From Trichosphaerium sp. ATCC 40318 (lineage: Eukaryota; Protista; Tubulinea): DNA of 64,000 bases. How positions within the stretch are numbered: position 1 is the first letter of the stretch; the number at the start of each line of letters is the position of its first letter. Below are positions 1-11,534 of this stretch, in pieces. A program made the translations under genes and the position numbers. The stretch covers positions 193,488 through 257,487 of the forward strand of contig JALMLS010000556.1 of assembly GCA_038496445.1 (NCBI GenBank), written 5' to 3'. The notes below the pieces were generated by a model, which worked only from the letters and a program-made list of their open reading frames with translations, did no database searches and was not told the origin of the DNA.

Positions 1-594
1 TTTTGACACGTTTATTATCGTTGTATTTATCTATCATGTCCTTAGGCATCTTGGTGGTATCAACGTCCTCATTGTGAAGATGGAAATAGTCAAGTATGAT
101 GTCACGAAGTGACGGAAAGTTAGAAGCTGTTATTTTTTGTATGTAAACCACTTGGTTTATCTGTTTCAGGCGAGATATTAGTTTTACGCCGTTTTTGAAC
201 TCTTCATGTCCTAGCTCGTCTTTCGCTGTAGCGACAACCCAAAATTGCGGTCTTGCGATGTAATCCATTGAAACGTGAACAAGTTGTACTTTTCTCACAA
301 ATTTAAACACTTAATGCCAGCGATGAAATGAACACACAAAGGTGAACCCATAACTGTCTTCGTTGCGCAAAAATAACAATGTTTGTCTTAAAAACTATTC
401 AAACCCGCTCCCGCTATCACTCAATCGCAGTTTCACTGATATATTAGCGCGTAAGCGAGTTTAGATGCTTATTGCGTGATTTGAGTAACTTCAAAAATAG
501 CGTCAAAAAGTCGCAAACTTGACGGAATGCGACAAAAATAAATTCTGAGTTCACTACCTTTATTTAATAGTAACAATGGTTTGTGCAGCATAAA

Positions 595-1458
595 ATGAAA
601 GCAAGTAATCGACACAGCGCTTTAGCGAGAAGCGCATTTCATAATTACGCTTCGGGGCTTACCGCTGGTATGGTATCTGCCCTTAGCGGCTATCCGCTCG
701 ATGTTTTACGAGTAAGTCGTAATTTAGCGCTTTATTTTAAACAAACGCTATAATATTACGTTGTAATACCTCTACAGGTTCGTTTCCTCTTTGACACACC
801 ACGACGAAACCTTTTTAATGGCGCTACATTCACTATTTGCCATCAACTAGTAAAAGCAGGTCTTGTATGGCCTATACAGAGGAGTATTGAAGACGAATTA
901 AAGAAATACCCAAGTCTACCTTTTCAAGCGGTTATATCAGGAAGTATTGGTTCTGTAGTCCCTTCTGTGCTACTGAACCCACTTAATGTCATAAAAGTAC
1001 GATATATGGAGTCTCACGTGCCTTTAAAGTTTAATGGAATTTGGAAATCCTTAATTGAAAAAGAAGGCTTAAAATGGCTTACACGTGGTATGCAAGTAAC
1101 AGTTGTACGAGACTTGGTTTGGGGTGCTGTATACTTTCCAACGTATGAGTACTTGAGCAAAATGTTACAAGATAATGAAGATTCATCATATTGGATGTCA
1201 AAGGTCACTTCTATGGCTTGTTCTGCTGCTTTTGCTACAGCACTTGCTTCTGGTATAGATGCAGTAAGATTGCTACAAATGAGAGCACCAAAGAAATGTG
1301 GAAATTATATATCTCTATGGCCTGCTATACAAGCAGCAAATAGACCTTCTATGAGAAACTTAAGAGCAACATTTATTGGTGTTCTTCGTGTTACTCTTAC
1401 AACTGTATTGAGTCATTTGACCTATTTGAAGCTTATGCAACTAGCTCCAAAAGATTAA
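595..1458 (+). CDS. Mitochondrial carrier family (SLC25) protein, 2 exons (intron 712-777)
   Basis: ATG 595; exon 1 ends GLTAGMVSALSGYPLDVLR (Px[DE]xx[KR] motif); GTAAGT..CAG intron; then NPLNVIKVR, RDLVWGAVYFPTYE and GIDAVRLLQ, consistent with three carrier repeats. Confidence 0.85.
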
Positions 1459-1728
1459 TATTTATTAATGGTATAATAAAACAAATGGTATACAAAAAAA
1501 ACAGTAGATATTATAAATAGCTATACAATTGCCGTCAATACAACCAACACAACTTTACACTTAACAAAAGTGTTGTAGACTATCCTGTCTAATAAATACG
1601 TTCGGGGTATTACATTCCGCGAGCGACATTTGGGTCAGCGAACCCATAATAGTTTTTTTTTGTACTTTGGGCTGATTAAGTAACCTCCAGCTGGCTTATA
1701 CTATTTTGGTTGTTAATGCGCTGTGTTG

Positions 1729-3885
1729 ATGAAATTAGGTGTGTATGGAACTCACAAGCATACAAAAACGCGCGTTAAGCCGTCTTTCTGGCTGAACGTT
1801 GAAAAACAAAGCCAAAAATTACATAGTATTGCTAAAACGCTTCGGTTGAAGACGTTAGATGGTTGGTACGGCGTAGACAAGCAAACTGTAATTGAACAGG
1901 GAGGTGTGAGTATATTGTACGTGAAAACTTGGTTATGTATTGGCAATACAGAGTTAACGCGTATTTAGAGCGATTTATGGTAATTCTCTATCACGTTGTC
2001 TTGAAAATGTTTTTGACACGTACGAATGGGTAAACTGGCGATTCAAGTGCGTTGTGGCATCATGTGTCAATATTTTGAAACGTTTTCGTTTAAAAGTGCT
2101 TAAACCGTCTCAGCTCTGTACAACAAAACTACTGGCACAGTATCGAAAACCAACGAGAACTTTTTAATGATATTGGAAAGTCATTAAGCATAAAAACGGA
2201 GGATTGTTGGAACATTTCACTAAAAGATGCTATAGTGAACAGAGGCGCAGGTGGTATTATCATGTACGACAACAAACATCTTTTTTCTATTAGAATATAT
2301 GATTCTTGTTCTCTTTAAAGCACAAATAAACGAGTTTTTTTACTTTGTTGTAAATATTTTTATAGGGGTAAATATAACGGTTCTTTGTCAAAATGCTTGA
2401 CTACTCTTTACCCTAAGTATCTGAATAATGATGATGATGACATAGGAAGTAGTAAGAATCTATTTTTCTTGTTTTATTCTCATTTACAAGTAATGCTGAT
2501 GCTGTTTAGGTATGTTAACTACAAAGCCAAAAAAATCTATTCAAAATCAAAGACGTGTTCTAAATGTATGTGCAAAGCAATTAAATATCAAAACGCTAGA
2601 AGGGTGGTATAGTGTGTCAAAAACTTCAATGCCTAAGTTTTCGGGTAAAATGATTAAGAGGTACGACGAAATAACAGAAATCTCATGTATTTGTTAACAA
2701 GTTTCTCTGAGATGACCTTTAGTTTTTTTTTGTCTGAACTTCGCTGACCTCCGTTTAGTTGTGATGATAGTCTACAAAACTTAGTAATGTCAACATATCC
2801 TATGTATGATTGGCAACCACATTTATTTAATGAACGTGGATTCTGGAACCATGAAGAGAACCAAAAGGATTTTCTATTAAAGGTTCAAAGTGAATTTAAT
2901 ATTTCGAACCCAGAAGAATGGTTCGCGTGAGGTTTGATCTTTTTTATGACTAATGTCTTCAACGTAGGTACAATGTACCTTTTAGTAAGATATCCAAAAA
3001 TGGAGGTTCTTCTCTTCGTCAGTATTGGCCTTGGATGCTAAAACAACTTGATCCAAAATTCAGATGGGAATGGAGAAAGTTTTTCCGTTTTGGGAAAACA
3101 ACAAAACAAAAGTAAGTATTGCTTCTGCTCTATCCCACACTCCATCCTTCTTTTCATCTCTTACTCTTTATAAAATCAAAGCTGTCTCAAGTTAATACAT
3201 ACATAACAACACTGTTTTAGTAGAGAGAAGAACAAGTTGCTATTTTTTTTCTTATTTAACTTTTTTTTTCTTTCTTTAGTGCTATTTCAGAATTACTGCA
3301 AAAGATTCTACCCGCCACGGAAATACTTCAAGAGCATACACTAGGTATTAGTAAGAGTACTAGTAACATCTTGACTGTTGATATATTTATTCCGCAATAC
3401 AATCTCGCTATTGAATACCAAGGTACTCAGTTGTGTTTTATTTTTTTGGGTACTATGTTTACCTGCTTTAAAATAGGAGAACAACACTACTATGACTTTT
3501 GTTTTCGTGGGAATATTGTTACAACACAGCAATGTAGAGATAATGAGAAAGCACAATACTGTTCAGAGCGAGGTAATGTTGTTTTTTGGTGTAAAAGTTT
3601 GGAGCAACTATTTACACTTTCTTGTTTATTTGTTGTTAATTCTTCCTGACACGTGCTTAAGGTATTATTCTTTTGTCAATACCGTATTGGTGGCCTATAG
3701 ATCGCGATACATTATCAACATCCATAAAAAAAGTAGCACCACACGTGCCAATCGAACAACAAGTTGCTGGTGAAGAAACGATTGTTTCTTTCTTAAATGA
3801 CAGCAATTATGACCGTGATACTGGTAGTATTGTATTAATGGGTCCGTTATCGGACCCACCTGTAATGAAAGATCAAATAATGTAA
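1729..3885 (+). CDS. Multi-exon protein with about four ~70-aa Trp-rich repeats and a C-terminal PD-(D/E)xK (Vsr/DUF559/RAP-like) nuclease domain
   Basis: Spliced repeats: FWLNVEKQ..IAKTLRLKTLDGWYGV..GG..YGNSLSRCL..YEWVNWRF; YWHSIENQRELFNDIGKSLSIK..; SIQNQRRVLNVCAKQLNIKTLEGWYSV; FWNHEENQKDFLLKVQSEFNISNPEEWYNV. C-terminus: VDIFIPQYNLAIEYQGEQHY..RDNEKAQYC..IILLSIPYWW. Confidence 0.75.
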
Positions 3886-4230
3886 AATAAATGCTCAATA
3901 GCCAGATAATCTGTTGTCGCCAAAAATCATTCTCAAGCTGTTGCTGGAACTACAGATTCTAGTTCATGCAACTCCGAAACAGTAGTATTTACATAAACTC
4001 GTAGTGTATGTAGATCTCCAACAAAGCATGTGGGGGTTAAGGAAATGTTTACAAGAAAACGTGCACGTTTTTAACATCCAGTCCACCAAAGAACTACGAA
4101 ATGCGACAGTATAACTCTTCCTGATTCTGGCAGGTACAACATTACTAGTATAAAATGGCTTTATTTGTTGAAACAATAGAACATAGCTAACACCTTTTAC
4201 ATTGATAAGGATAATACTAAATTCTTTTCT

Positions 4231-5405
4231 TTATAAAACCCAACCGATTGATGAAGCACGGCATCCTACTAAAGTGTTTACACATTCAATTGTCACCGCT
4301 GTGCGATTTACAACTATTTTGCGCACTCCTTTCAAGGCTTTGATTCCATCATTTGTAACACTTGTACCAGACAAATCAATTGTATGGACACCAACAAGTG
4401 CTTTGACACCTTCATCTGTAACTTTTGTGTCACTGATATTTATGCTGTGAACGCCTTTGAGTGCCTTGACACCTTCATCTGTAACTTTTGTGTAACTGAT
4501 ATTTATGCTGTGAACACCAGCGAGTGCCTTGACACCTTCGTCTGTAACTTTTGTATTACTGATATTTATGCTGTGAACACCAGCTAGTGCCTTGATACCT
4601 TCATCTGTAATGCGGGTATTGCCAATATCTATAGCATAAACACCAGCAAGATGTTTAATACCCTCGTCAGTCATTAAATTTGATCCCAAGTCTATGGAAT
4701 GCACTCCAGCGAGTGACTTTAAATTGTTATCTGTTATGGCACCATTTGTAGAAATGTACATTTTGTGGACACCTGCAAGATACTTGATACATTCACATGT
4801 TATAAATGGTGTAAATCTAAGATCTATAGTATGTACACCAGCAAGATGTTTGATTCCCTCATCAGTTATGTTAGTTCCTACTAGGTTTATGGTATGTACT
4901 CCAGCAAGAGATTTAACGTTGTCAGCTGTTAATGTTCTACATCCACTAAGGTCAACAGTATGAATTCCAGCAAATTGTTTAATGTGTTCCGCTTTCAATT
5001 TAGATGGACAAGCATAAATAGAACGGATATTCTTTAACTTTGTGATATCAAACTTCTTTGGGACTTTCCATGTTGTCAAATCTTCAACGTCTTTAAGATA
5101 TTTAATATCACGGTGATTGAATTTGTATGTCAATACAATACTTTCTGTTTTAATCAGCCCTCTGTATTTTTTATAGAGTTTAAAGAGTTCCTTTCTTGAT
5201 TTGATTTCAATATTTCTTCTTTTTCCCCTGTAATCCAAATGATTGATAATAATTGTGCCATGTATTTAGAAGTGTGTACTACTGAATGCATTGATGTACT
5301 TGAAACGAATTTGAGAATATGAACGGTAACTTCTGGAGGTATTTCATCAAAGAATGCGGTTCTTCTATTCATTTTGTTGAAAGATTTGAGTGTAGTACTT
5401 TCCAT
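4231..5405 (-). CDS. Intronless F-box/LRR protein with 21-aa repeats; 1-nt frameshift near 5248 (pseudogene or sequence error)
   Basis: F-box FFDEIPPEVTVHILKFV lies in ORF 5154-5483 and the LRRs in ORF 4231-5238; alignment with the intact paralog at 19619-20611 (MEQIAINHLNY) shows one base missing. Confidence 0.85.
4390..4612. repeat. Near-perfect 63-bp tandem repeat (about 3.5 units) encoding LRRs
   Basis: gacaccttcatctgtaacttttgt..actgatatttatgctgtgaac recurs at 63-nt spacing (about 4405, 4468, 4531). Confidence 0.9.
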
Positions 5406-5885
5406 GATTGTTGTTAAGATCAAGAGATGTTGCAATGTGTGGGAGCGATTGAATTTATGAACATGTATACCACTTTCAATCAACTATTTCATCAATCTTT
5501 AAAACGAGTTCCTTCCACTTTATCAATCTTCTGCATCTCAATCTGCACAGCTGTTCACACAAACACCTTTTTAATCTTTGCTATGTAGTTAATATTCCTC
5601 TGCTACGCTAGGATAGCCCGTTACCTAGCTTATACTTAAGTTAGATAAAGTTATATGTACACGACTGCTAATTTATAAAATCTATTTTGATTGATTGAAC
5701 TTGACAGATTACCCTCAGTATTGCCTCTGATAAACAAGCAGGTACAACAATTTAGTGAAAGGTGTTGTTTTATTACTTGTGTCCACGATTCGTATGGCGT
5801 CATGCCGGGTAATTTTCTTTTGGAGTAAACGTTTACAAAACGCGGAAAAACAGGCGGAAAAAGTCAGTGTCATAAAAACATCAGC

Positions 5886-6866
5886 ATGTCAGCAACAAAA
5901 GTCGCAGTAGTTATTGGTGTAGGTCCAGGGCTTGGTGGTGCTATTGCTGAAAAATTTGCAGCAGAAGGATTCGCCGTTGCAATTGTAGCAAGGTCTAAGG
6001 ATAAACTAGATGCTCTAGCAGCTAAAATAGAGGCTTCAAAAGGGAAAGTACTCGCTATACAAGCAGATGCATGTGACGAAGCGAAAGTAACGGAGACATT
6101 CGCTACTATAAGGTGTGTTGTAGCGTTATACGCGTTGTTAGTAATATTTTGATGTAGATCGACTCTAGGCGAAGTAAACGTACTAGTATACAACGCAGCA
6201 ACGCGTCCATTACCAAAGAAGGGTATTCTCGAGCTATCTAACGAAGATTTTAAAACTGGCTTGAACGTTAATTGCTACGGAGCCTTCCTCGCAATAAAAG
6301 CTGTTCTACCAAACATGGTACAGCAAAAGGTACGCCATAAAACAAAAACGGTTTTATTGTTTGTTTCTTCAACTAAAATACATCTAGTCTGGTACTATTC
6401 TATTCACTGGCGCTACAGCAAGTGTTAAAGGCAGTGCTAAATTCGCAAGTACGTCCTCTTCGGGATTTAGAAGCCTTTTTGTTAGACCAATAATTTATGT
6501 TTGTTTGACAGGCTTCGCTACCGGAAAGTTCGCTCTACGCGCACTAGCGCAGTCTACTGCCCGCGAATTTGGTCCCCAGGGCATTCATGTATCTCATATA
6601 GTCGTTGATGGTGCGTTTTACAAAAAAGAAAACTAGTCACGTGCTCTCTAAGAGTAAAACTGTTTGTACCAAGAAAGGTTTATGCTGATAATTCTTGCGT
6701 AGGTATTATTAATATGCCTTTCACAAGAGCTGCAATTCCGCAACTTCAAGATAAAGATGTAATGAGCACATCAGCCATGGCAAACCAATATTGGAACTTG
6801 CATAAACAAGATAAATCAACATGGACATTTGAACTAGATTTACGACCATTTGGTGAAAAGTGGTAG
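5886..6866 (+). CDS. Short-chain dehydrogenase/reductase (SDR), multi-exon
   Basis: VVIGVGPGLGGAIA Rossmann motif, VLVYNAA, GTILFTGATAS, FATGKFALRALAQSTAREFGPQGIHV, C-terminus WTFELDLRPFGEKW*. Confidence 0.92.
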
Positions 6867-7235
6867 TACCCAAGCAAAAAGAATAGTCCTGTTTACTGCT
6901 ACACATAGCGCACCTGTTATACATAATAAATATACCTCTTGTCATTTTTAGTATCCAGGAAACGCTTGAATGGGTTGGGTTCTTTGAACGCTGGTATGTA
7001 TTTATGGGGTGGAACAATTCCTACGTGAGGTTACCTATGTGCGGTTATGATTCTCTTGGTGTACCAATTATCGCGGAGTTTTTTCAGGAGCACACTTATG
7101 CGGAGACTTGTTAAAGCTAGCTGTACAGTTGCTTGAGAACTAGTTTGGTTTGACTGGCAAAATCATGAATGTTCATTGGTGTTCACCACATTTCCATTCA
7201 AAACTTCTTCGGAACACCTTTTTCTACTGCACTCC

Positions 7236-10200
7236 ATGAGTTGGTTAATATACTCTTTGGTATTGGCTGTAGTATTATCTCCTGTTTTGGGACAGGAAAC
7301 GCTTACAAACATTACTATAGGTACGGTTTAACAGTTTATTCTTTGATTTATTGTTTAATAATGTTTAGGGCTTTCTTTACCTGCGAGCCAACCTAATTTC
7401 GTTCATCTTGTTATTGACGCCAAGTAAGCCATTAAATCAATCGATTTTACGTCAATTACGGTTGTCACGTGATTTTAGATTGTTTTTTGTTTGTCGCATC
7501 ATTTGACGTTTTCCTTATAAACTCCAATAGGCAGGGGTTTGATTTCGCTGCGAAATGGATAAAAGAACACCCTATAAATGTCCGTACATTAATACGAGAC
7601 CACTGTTTTGAAAAAAAGAATAACTCCTTTAAATAGATCTCTGATGGAAAAGGTGGTAGCCTCAAATTGGGGTTTGATTTTGATATTTTGGACGATGGGT
7701 TTAACCCACAGAAGATCATTAATAACTACGATCAGTTTATAAAGAACAAAAAGACATCTATTCTAGTTGGTCCATTATTTACGTTATCTACTATTATGAG
7801 TCAACACGCAGAGAGGCATAATTGGGCTTCATGTACACTTTTTTTTAATTTTTTCTGTTTTTCTGGCTTTGTTGTCTTGTAGCTCATACGTTCTTTTCTA
7901 GTTCACTGGATGAGCTATGAATTTGGTGTGGCTAGAAGAGGATTATCTATAGTCTCTCCGCCAGACACATACTTTTTGTAAGCGTCATACTAAACCATCC
8001 TTCTCACTACTTTTCTAGCTCGACGGTGTCTTCGTTGCGATTAGCTGGAGCAAAAACTGTATCCTTAATATGGACTGCGGACTCTGAGAGAAATTGTAAC
8101 TCCCCTGAATTCGATGAATACCTCAAGGATAATGCACTTGAGGTCTTAGGAAAATATCCACTTATCTCGTTCAGTGGTGAGTATTCAACTGTAGTTAGCT
8201 AAAAACTTGTAAGTTTTCCACTACTAAGCCTCGTTTAGGAAGTGGGTTGAACAGTAATACTGATCCGAGTCTCTACCCAGAAGAACTTGTAAAAAATTAC
8301 ACTTCTACGGCAGATAAAGTAATGGTTACAGACCCAGATGTTTGGATGTTTTGTTCGACAGTAGCACAAGCAGGAAATATTTTAATGAGCCATTTCAGAG
8401 ATCACGACTATACACCACGTGCATTTTTGGGAGAAATACCTATTTCTGGATCTTCTTTATTAGATCCTGAGCTTACAGCTTTTCGGGGCGGTGTCTCTTC
8501 AGTACGTAACTAACAAGCCCTTCACCAGAATTATGTGTATTTGGAAACAAATCCTATTTTTTCTTATTTGTTTTTTAGTTTGAAGCCACTGCAGAATACC
8601 CAAAAACGACTTACGGTACAATGACGGAATTCTTTAATGACATCAAGAAAGAATATAACACTACAGCGTCAGAGTTTCATTTGAATGCTTACATTTTGAG
8701 TTTAATGTTAAAAAATGCCATTGAAAGTGTAGCAAAAGAGCATGTTCTATACGTACGCCCTCTCACGTAGTTTTTGTTTTAAATATTGTACTCAGGTCGA
8801 TGAAAATGGGAGACTATCCATAGATGTTTCAGGACGCGCTGGAAATTGCACGTGTGCTGTACGATGAGTTTTAGAACAATCAACTTTCCGACTCTTTGTT
8901 TTGTAAATCTTTGTTCACGCTTCGTTTAGACGATTGAAGATGAAGGCATTTTGCTGTTTCAAAATGAGTTATTCCAAGCTATGTTCTCTATGAAGATTGA
9001 TACAATTAGTGGTAGATACTCCTGGGGAACAGATCATAGACAACAACGTGAGAGCGTGTTTTTTCAATATGTCAACGGAAACCGAGAAGTAGTTGCTCCT
9101 GAAAGAATAAAAACAAGATCATTAGTATACCCAATGCCAACATGGTCCGAAAGAGAATTTAAACAAGAATACGGTATGACACAAAACAAACAACAGGAGG
9201 CAACTCCGAAAACATATTTGAGTTGTTTTCAGTGAAAAGATCTTACTGGTTTTTTAGGACATTACACGGAGATAACGGCAACTGCTGTTGTAATTTTACT
9301 TTCCCTTATAAGTATTGGTTTGCTTGTTTATATATCAATCGTAAAATTCACAATGTGGATACCAATTTCTGCAAGAAAGATCGTACTGGTGAGTCAACGT
9401 TAAAAGCAAGTCACAAAACCCACAGACTTTTCTTCCCACTCTATCTCCGAGTTATTTGATGTTTTAATAATTGGTTTAGGCAGCCTCTCCTGTATTCCTT
9501 GCTTTGATACTTATTGGGAGTATTTTACTTTATGTCAGTGTTTTGTTTGGAATGCCGAATGTTGTTTCAAAAATAACTTGTATCTCAAGAATGTGGTTTC
9601 AAACTCTTGGCTTTGTTCTTCTTTTTGGGTACCAAGCTCATTTGTATATATCGCTCATTCTTACACTATCTCCCTATAGACCTTTGTTTGCTAAAACACT
9701 GCGAATTGAGCGACTCTTCAGGACTAAAAGTACAAAAATTTTTAGTATTTCAAACAAAACTGTTATTATCTGGGTCGGTGCTTTATTAGGTGTCTACATA
9801 AGTCTATTGATAATAATGGTACGGACTGATACGCCATATTCTTTGGCAATCATCTCACTTATTTATACAGACAGTACTTAATGGTTATGACATTGAGATG
9901 GTAATTGTCGATGACCTAAGACCGATACATAATTACAACAAATGTCGACTAGAGTTGACTTTCAGGATTTTCTTTTACATCATCTACTCTCTAAACGTAA
10001 GCAATATTTGGTAAACCTTATCATTCGTAGTATTCGCTAATGATATGTATAGAGTCTGTTGATTGTTGTAGGGGCTGTTTTGGCGTACCGTGTTAGACAT
10101 ATTCCGATTAAAAAATACAATGAATCTAAAGTGATTTTCTTTGCTATTTATAACATTTTCTTCTTTGCTGCGCTTGCTCTTGGATTATCATTTGCAAAAT

Positions 10201-10581
10201 TAGATAGATTCACAAGGTTTTTAATTGTATCATGTCTTATACTTGGCGGTACAGGTGCGTAGTACCAAAAGAAGAAAAAAACCGGAACCTCATTTCAATC
10301 TTTTGGTTTTAGCAGTTTATACGTACTCACGTGGACTCTAACTAATTTATTAGCTTTGACGATATTATCGTTATTTGGGCAAATGTGTATGATAAGCACT
10401 AGTCTAAAACAACAACGAAAGAGGAATGCACAAGAATTTGATACAAAAAGTACGTTGCCACCCAAAAAAAAAAAACACTTGTTTAGCTTTACGGCATCAA
10501 CCGATGGAAAATTTTTAAACTAACTTATTTTTAGTTGATTCAGCTTATACAACATCAACAGTAATATCAGGGGCAGACTAG
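7236..10581 (+). CDS. Class C (GABA-B/metabotropic-like) GPCR with periplasmic-binding-protein-type ectodomain and 7TM, multi-exon
   Basis: Signal peptide MSWLIYSLVLAVVLSPVLG; 7tm_3 motifs ASPVFLALILIGSILLY, CISRMWFQTLGFVLLFGPLFAKTLRIERLF, YNESKVIFFAIYNIFF; stop TAG 10579-10581. Confidence 0.88.
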
Positions 10582-11534
10582 ACCTGCGAATTGAGTAAGA
10601 GTGCTGAAGCCACAATCAACCAAAAAAGTGTACAAAATATCCAAAAAAATAAAGGCTGTTGCTTTTCCAGTAAACAAATCAAACCTAGATCTACAAAAGT
10701 AAGCTCAAGAACAAATTAGCTTCAATTTAATGGCTGTACAAACCAGGTTTTACGGACGTTTGAGACTAAGGGAGGTTGGCGACTTAACGTACAAAGTCAA
10801 CAACCTAGAGGCGTAACAACGGCTTACAATGTACTCGGAACAGTTTTTTTGTTTTTCGGTGATTGTTTTATTGTGTGACTCTTAATAAAACAAGGGTCTC
10901 AGGCTTCGTGACCAAGCGGTCAAGCCAAGAGATAGGTTCTCCTCCAATCTGGTGTTTGTTGTTTGTAGGAGCCAATGGACGATAGGGATCTAACACTTTC
11001 GACGTTAATTTTGGCTTCGCTTCTACCTCTACAGTAGCTTCTGATAGTCAATATATCTACTCTCCTTGCCAACCAAAGACCAAAACCCGAAATAAACTAT
11101 GCTATACCGTCAGTAGTTTATGGCAATTGTTAGTTTGTTAAAGCACTTCTTAATACAAGTATTACCTCTAAAAGGATCTTTAACAAAAGGTATACCACTT
11201 GATTGGCCTGTGACAATATTTTCGAAGAATACAATTTATTCGATCTTACTTTCCAAAATGCTCAGTGGCTACGCAGAAGATCAACGTGAGACCACTACAT
11301 TCTTTTTTTCTCATTTTTTTCTGAATCTTTGTAGAAACTCGTATTTTTTTCATTACCATTAAAAAAGTTCTTTCATAAAATTTATCTTTCGTTTTAGTGA
11401 TGAAGGCTGCAATACAAAACGCTGTACTACCAAAAACACATGACATCAATGACTTAGAATGGAAGTAATATTGGGACCAGCCTTATTATTCAATCTTATT
11501 ACAACATTGTAGGAACACGTTTGTTTGTAGGGTA

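Noticed and set aside
1-268. Possible minus-strand gene start (MDYIARPQFW... and NFPSLRDIILDYF) running off the window
   Set aside because: Exon phases could not be reconciled and no motif was recognised
4390-4612. 63-bp repeats as a CRISPR-like array
   Set aside because: Contiguous in-frame coding repeats without unique spacers; eukaryotic context, no cas genes
4202-4963. Plus-strand ORFs with repeats (4202-4450, 4384-4587, 4694-4963; also 19811-20098)
   Set aside because: Antisense shadows of the LRR repeats on the minus strand
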